IMG/VR virus record: IMGVR_UViG_3300003430_000799
Strand: one strand, 5' to 3'
DNA length: 64,000 bases
Origin: a virus
The position numbers were made by a program, and so were the translations under genes. Within the stretch, counting starts at the first letter, position 1; every line of letters begins with the position of its first letter. Under the pieces are notes generated by a model, which worked only from the letters and a program-made list of their open reading frames with translations, made no database searches and had not been told where the DNA came from. Below are positions 59,979 through 64,000 of the stretch, piece by piece.

Positions 59979-61241
59979 TTAAAACTCTAATAACTGATTT
60001 GCTTGTTCCGACCAAGTCCAATTGAATATTGTTTTGTTTGCACCAATACTTCTATTAGTTACATTGGTTGCATATGAACTTGTTCCATTTTTGAACACGT
60101 TACTCAATAAGACATTTGTAGGAAGTATAACTTGTAAATTAGAAAAAGTCAAAACTCCGTTAGTTAAATTATCTATAGAACATGTAGAATTTGTTGGATT
60201 TGATATTGATAAATCACCTCTTCCACTAATTGATGGGTCTGGAAAATCAAAGAAGAAAATATTTTCAAAACTTCCTCTTGGACAAGCTCTAAAATCACCC
60301 AATTCAGCTTCACTACTACCTTTAACTGAACCATTTTTAATTGTATTTGAAGCTAAATAAGTACCTTCAGGACCATCAATTTCTAATGCGTGGTCTGTGG
60401 CATTCCCACATATTACAATGAAATTATTTAATGTTCCACCCCAAGATTGGTCAGTATCAATTGCATCATCACCTGAATACCAAACAATAAGATTAGTAAC
60501 ATTTACATTACCACCAAAGAATTCAATACCATCATCTTGGTTTCCAACAATTTCAATATTTTCAACTATTGTTGATGAACCAACACCGCCCAATGTTAAA
60601 CCATTGATTTCATTTCCATTTCCAATATTTGCACCTCCGTGTCTAATCGAAACATATTTTAATACACCAGAATTGTCATTTGGATTATTACCACCATATA
60701 AACCATTTAAATCAGTCGTTGGTATTCCCTCAATTTGAACTTCAGATGCTGAGGCTGATATTGGAGCATAACCTAGAATAATCACACCTCCCCATAAACC
60801 TTGTGAAGTTGGGTCTAAATTTGGACTTACGAAGTTACCATTTCTTACTTGTTCCAATGTGATTTCATCCGCAACAGATGTAAAGATGATTGGTAGGTTT
60901 GATGTTCCTTCTGCGATTAATTTAGAACCTCTTGATACTAATAAGGCAGTTGCATTTGAACCTGTACCAGCTTGTCCTTTAATAATCGTTCCTGGTTCAA
61001 TTGTGAGTGTTGCACCATTTGTGATGGTAATTCTTCCAGCCAATTCATAGATGTTGTCGGATGTCCAAGTTGTGTTTGTTGTAATGTTTGATGTGATAAT
61101 AACATTTGTTGATATACCTTGACAAGTGCCATCAACACAAATTTGTCCATTTGGACATATTGTATCAACACATTTATCTTTTGTTCCACAAGATGTTAAA
61201 ATTGTTGCTAATACAATGAATAAAAATAAAACTTTTTTCAT
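59979..61241 (-). CDS. Surface lipoprotein with beta-helix-like repeats, of the type usually paired with TonB receptors
   Basis: Lipobox LTSC; GLWGGVIILG, NSGVLKYVSIRHGG, EINGLTLGGVG, DDGIEFFGG. Confidence 0.8.
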   Translation of the reverse strand: MKKVLFLFIVLATILTSCGTKDKCVDTICPNGQICVDGTCQGISTNVIITSNITTNTTWTSDNIYELAGRITITNGATLTIEPGTIIKGQAGTGSNATALLVSRGSKLIAEGTSNLPIIFTSVADEITLEQVRNGNFVSPNLDPTSQGLWGGVIILGYAPISASASEVQIEGIPTTDLNGLYGGNNPNDNSGVLKYVSIRHGGANIGNGNEINGLTLGGVGSSTIVENIEIVGNQDDGIEFFGGNVNVTNLIVWYSGDDAIDTDQSWGGTLNNFIVICGNATDHALEIDGPEGTYLASNTIKNGSVKGSSEAELGDFRACPRGSFENIFFFDFPDPSISGRGDLSISNPTNSTCSIDNLTNGVLTFSNLQVILPTNVLLSNVFKNGTSSYATNVTNRSIGANKTIFNWTWSEQANQLLEF

Positions 61242-61309
61242 AAAATAATTTTTTTGGTTTATTAACTGATTATATATAATCTTAGTTTGTTAATAAAACC
61301 AAATTTCAA

Positions 61310-61328
61310 TATTACCTTATTGTTAAGT
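61310..61328 (-). promoter_or_regulatory. Pho-box-like site ACTTAACAATAAGGTAATA
   Basis: Matches 44322-44340. Confidence 0.55.
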
Positions 61329-62013
61329 TTTTTGTCTGTAATACATATGACATAACCTTTCTCTTGAATAATGGAATTAAAGTTTCTTCCATTGGTATGT
61401 CTTTTTCACAATGAAGATAAAATGCTGGTAGTGTATTATCGGATGAGTGTATATGTTTTAATAAATCATCCCCAAATTTTTCTACAATATTGAACTTATC
61501 ATAGCCCTTGTACTTTCTGATATTGTACTCCCAAATCTTTATTATTTGACTAGATTTGGTATAGAAATAACCTTTCTTAGAACCAATGTTATCTTCATTA
61601 TATATCGATACTATTTCTATTGAATCATAAACAACTGTCCATATTGATTTAATAATATCAAAGTAATCTTGGAGTTTGGATAAACTATATTGTAATATAG
61701 TTTTGAGTTCGTTTAATTCGGTGACTTTGAGTGGAGGTAAATCTTTTGTTTTTAAATCAATAAAAGTTAACTCATCATCATAACTGGTGAGTTTCTTATC
61801 TGTATATAATATTTTATTATTTTTGATGATGTTTTGGACATTAGCAAGATGTAGTGTTATTTCAGTAAACATAGGATAGACTTTCATTTCTTCCAATTGT
61901 TTATTCAATTTTTGGAAATAACCTAATAAAACATATTGTTTCTGTTCTGCGTCTATGACTCCATCAAATATCCAATCTGTGTCCATCACAAACTTTAATT
62001 TATTTTTTCCCAT
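61312..62013 (-). CDS. Hypothetical protein
   Basis: 233-aa ORF. Confidence 0.8.
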   Translation of the reverse strand: MGKNKLKFVMDTDWIFDGVIDAEQKQYVLLGYFQKLNKQLEEMKVYPMFTEITLHLANVQNIIKNNKILYTDKKLTSYDDELTFIDLKTKDLPPLKVTELNELKTILQYSLSKLQDYFDIIKSIWTVVYDSIEIVSIYNEDNIGSKKGYFYTKSSQIIKIWEYNIRKYKGYDKFNIVEKFGDDLLKHIHSSDNTLPAFYLHCEKDIPMEETLIPLFKRKVMSYVLQTKNLTIR

Positions 62014-62048
62014 ATCAAAAATATAACTAAAGTTTTTTAAAAAATAAA

Positions 62049-63479
62049 TTAATTTGTTCTTACAACAACAAAATTGTATCTAGTACCATCAGGTCCTGAA
62101 ATAAAGACATCATCATATGTTCCATCATAACTTGATATTACTCCAATACCATCACTATCAACAATATCTTCAGCAACACCTTTTACATTAACATAACTAT
62201 GAATACTATCTTCCATATCCATACCTTTTAACCAACGAACTGGATTATCCATAGCTTTTCTAACATAATTACTTACTTTTTCTTCAATCATTTCTTCTGT
62301 TGGTTCATCATCAGGTACAATACTATCTAATTCATCTTGAAGTTCATCTATTTGTTGTTCCAAATCATTAATTTCATCTTCCTCTTGTGTATTTTCCAAT
62401 TGTTCTTTCAAATCACTTATCTGATTCTCCAATTGTTCTTTTCTTTCCTCTTGTTCATCAGTTAGTTCAAAATCTTGTTTTCTAAAATATCCTTCAGGAT
62501 AATCCCTTATATCCCTTTCATAAAACTCCTCAATATACTCTCTGATAGATTCTTTATCAATATTATCCATTAATAAATAATTAGACAACCCATTTAATCC
62601 AATTTCATCTAATAATTGTTCTTGATAGTCAACTGCAGCATCATACATATCGTCATATGTTCCAACCATATATTCTTTACCCCTCAATCCAGTAACCTCA
62701 AAACTATATAATGTTCCATAAGGTTTATAATTTGTTGGGATTATATAATATACATCAGCACCTTGTGATTTTAGTTCTTCAATTTCATTAAGTAAATCAA
62801 TACTCTTATCTTCTAAACTTTCTAATTCTTCTTTGGTTGCTGTGTCTTTTATTGATTTATATCTGTATTGAATATCTTCATATTCCTCCATTTTAGATTT
62901 AATTTCAGTAATGGTTTCTTCATCTATTTCATCTAATTTACCCTCTCTAACTAAATGGTTAAATAAAGCATTTGCTGCCAATCCCTCTTCATCAATATCA
63001 GGATTATCTAATCCCCAATCATTATCTTCTCTCCTTGATTCAGCTTCTCCCATTTTCTTTAATTCTTCTCTTCTCATTCTCATCGCAGCAATTGGTGTTC
63101 CATAGTCATGAACCCATCCTTTAACATAAACACCATCCAATCTTGATATTTTGGTATTACTTATGTTCAAACTACCCATAACTTTTACATTTCCCAATGT
63201 TTGAAGTGGAACACCTGATACATCCAAATCACCATCAACAATTGCAACATTACCCAAATTAGTCATAGTGTTATCTGACCCAATTAATTTCAAATTACCT
63301 GTAATGTATAATGGTTTACCTTTAAACTTTTTAATACCAGTAACCTTGGGATTATATGATGCGTATTTTAATAAATCCAAATAATCTTGTGGTGATATTT
63401 TGTAATATTCTTCATCTTGTTCTTTAAGAACCTTTACCAATTTCTCAAATTGTTTACTATCTATGATAATTTTTTTCAT
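62049..63479 (-). CDS. Leader + LRR-like repeats + acidic coiled-coil protein
   Basis: MKKIIIDSKQF; NLGNVAIVDGDLDV repeats. Confidence 0.8.
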   Translation of the reverse strand: MKKIIIDSKQFEKLVKVLKEQDEEYYKISPQDYLDLLKYASYNPKVTGIKKFKGKPLYITGNLKLIGSDNTMTNLGNVAIVDGDLDVSGVPLQTLGNVKVMGSLNISNTKISRLDGVYVKGWVHDYGTPIAAMRMRREELKKMGEAESRREDNDWGLDNPDIDEEGLAANALFNHLVREGKLDEIDEETITEIKSKMEEYEDIQYRYKSIKDTATKEELESLEDKSIDLLNEIEELKSQGADVYYIIPTNYKPYGTLYSFEVTGLRGKEYMVGTYDDMYDAAVDYQEQLLDEIGLNGLSNYLLMDNIDKESIREYIEEFYERDIRDYPEGYFRKQDFELTDEQEERKEQLENQISDLKEQLENTQEEDEINDLEQQIDELQDELDSIVPDDEPTEEMIEEKVSNYVRKAMDNPVRWLKGMDMEDSIHSYVNVKGVAEDIVDSDGIGVISSYDGTYDDVFISGPDGTRYNFVVVRTN

Positions 63480-63569
63480 ATAATTAAAATATATTTTTAT
63501 TTACATATAATAAATAGTCCAAGAATACACTATTAAGTTGTTATTTGATATTTATATATATAGATTTTT

Positions 63570-64000
63570 ATGAATTGTGGTATATACAAAATATTAAACA
63601 AAACAAATAATAAAGTTTATATCGGAAGTTCAATAAACCTTTCTAACCGACAATATAAACATTTTTGGATGTTAAAAAAAGGTATTCACGATAACATTTA
63701 TCTACAAAAATCATTTAATAAAAATGGAGATGATAATTTCACATTTGAAATATTGGAGTATTGTGAAGAAAAAGATTTAATTTCAAGAGAAAATCATTAT
63801 ATTAATGAATATAAATCCTACGAAATGGATTTTGGTTACAATTTAGCATTGGTTAGTGATTCTAGAAGAAATGTTTTAACTGAAAAGGTTAAACTTAAAT
63901 TATCAAAGTACAATCAAGAAAAAAATGGTAACTTCAAAAGTTTTTTTCTTATTAACTTAGAAAATGGGGAACGAAGAATATTTGATAACTTAAAAGATGG
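63570..64000 (+). CDS. GIY-YIG homing-endonuclease-like protein (partial)
   Basis: MNCGIYKILNKTNNKVYIGSS...H.N..LQ...F.FEILE...REN.YI...GYN. Confidence 0.9.
   Translation, partial: MNCGIYKILNKTNNKVYIGSSINLSNRQYKHFWMLKKGIHDNIYLQKSFNKNGDDNFTFEILEYCEEKDLISRENHYINEYKSYEMDFGYNLALVSDSRRNVLTEKVKLKLSKYNQEKNGNFKSFFLINLENGERRIFDNLKD

Noticed and set aside
43797-61189. Antisense or nested ORFs such as 43797..44291, 57509..57892, 60022..60360, 60397..60738
   Set aside because: Shadows of well-supported genes on the opposite strand.
1-64000. Cellular chromosome or eukaryotic giant virus origin
   Set aside because: Host-like genes are isolated (dnaK without upstream grpE/hrcA, lone smpB) among many short unknown ORFs. 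Bacterial promoters, terminators and lysozymes favour a phage, though hallmark virion genes are not in this window.

Overview
AT-rich (about 28% GC by eye), gene-dense segment of what is most likely a jumbo/huge phage infecting Bacteroidota. Support: several Bacteroidota-type TTTG-N19/20-TAnnTTTG promoters, five peptidoglycan hydrolases, HNH-like and GIY-YIG nucleases, and isolated host-like genes (dnaK, FKBP PPIase, smpB, an aaRS-II catalytic domain, a two-component system, a TonB-dependent receptor, two C5 DNA methyltransferases). No capsid, terminase or polymerase gene is recognisable here, so phage identity is an inference. Main observations: (1) a DHH-family gene is interrupted inside its catalytic H-x-D-x-D-G motif by CTT-TGA-CTG, directly after a multibranch RNA stem. 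A ribosomal stop-hop would restore the motif exactly. (2) Four tRNA-shaped RNAs share acceptor/D/T arms but have unrelated central inserts, two with their own promoters, interleaved with ORFs. (3) About 35 unrelated ORFs share short N-terminal leaders (MKIIISEEQL / MKKIIRLTExDL / MNLQEQINRIQEMMG), many behind a TATTTAT motif. They include two convergent tandem arrays and a variable 20-aa LRR-like repertoire, suggesting a capsid-targeted, injected cargo system. (4) A repeat-rich strand/skew switch near 23 kb is a candidate origin. (5) A shared Pho-box-like site precedes the TonB receptor and a distant lipoprotein. All family calls come from motif recognition by eye; no searches were run.
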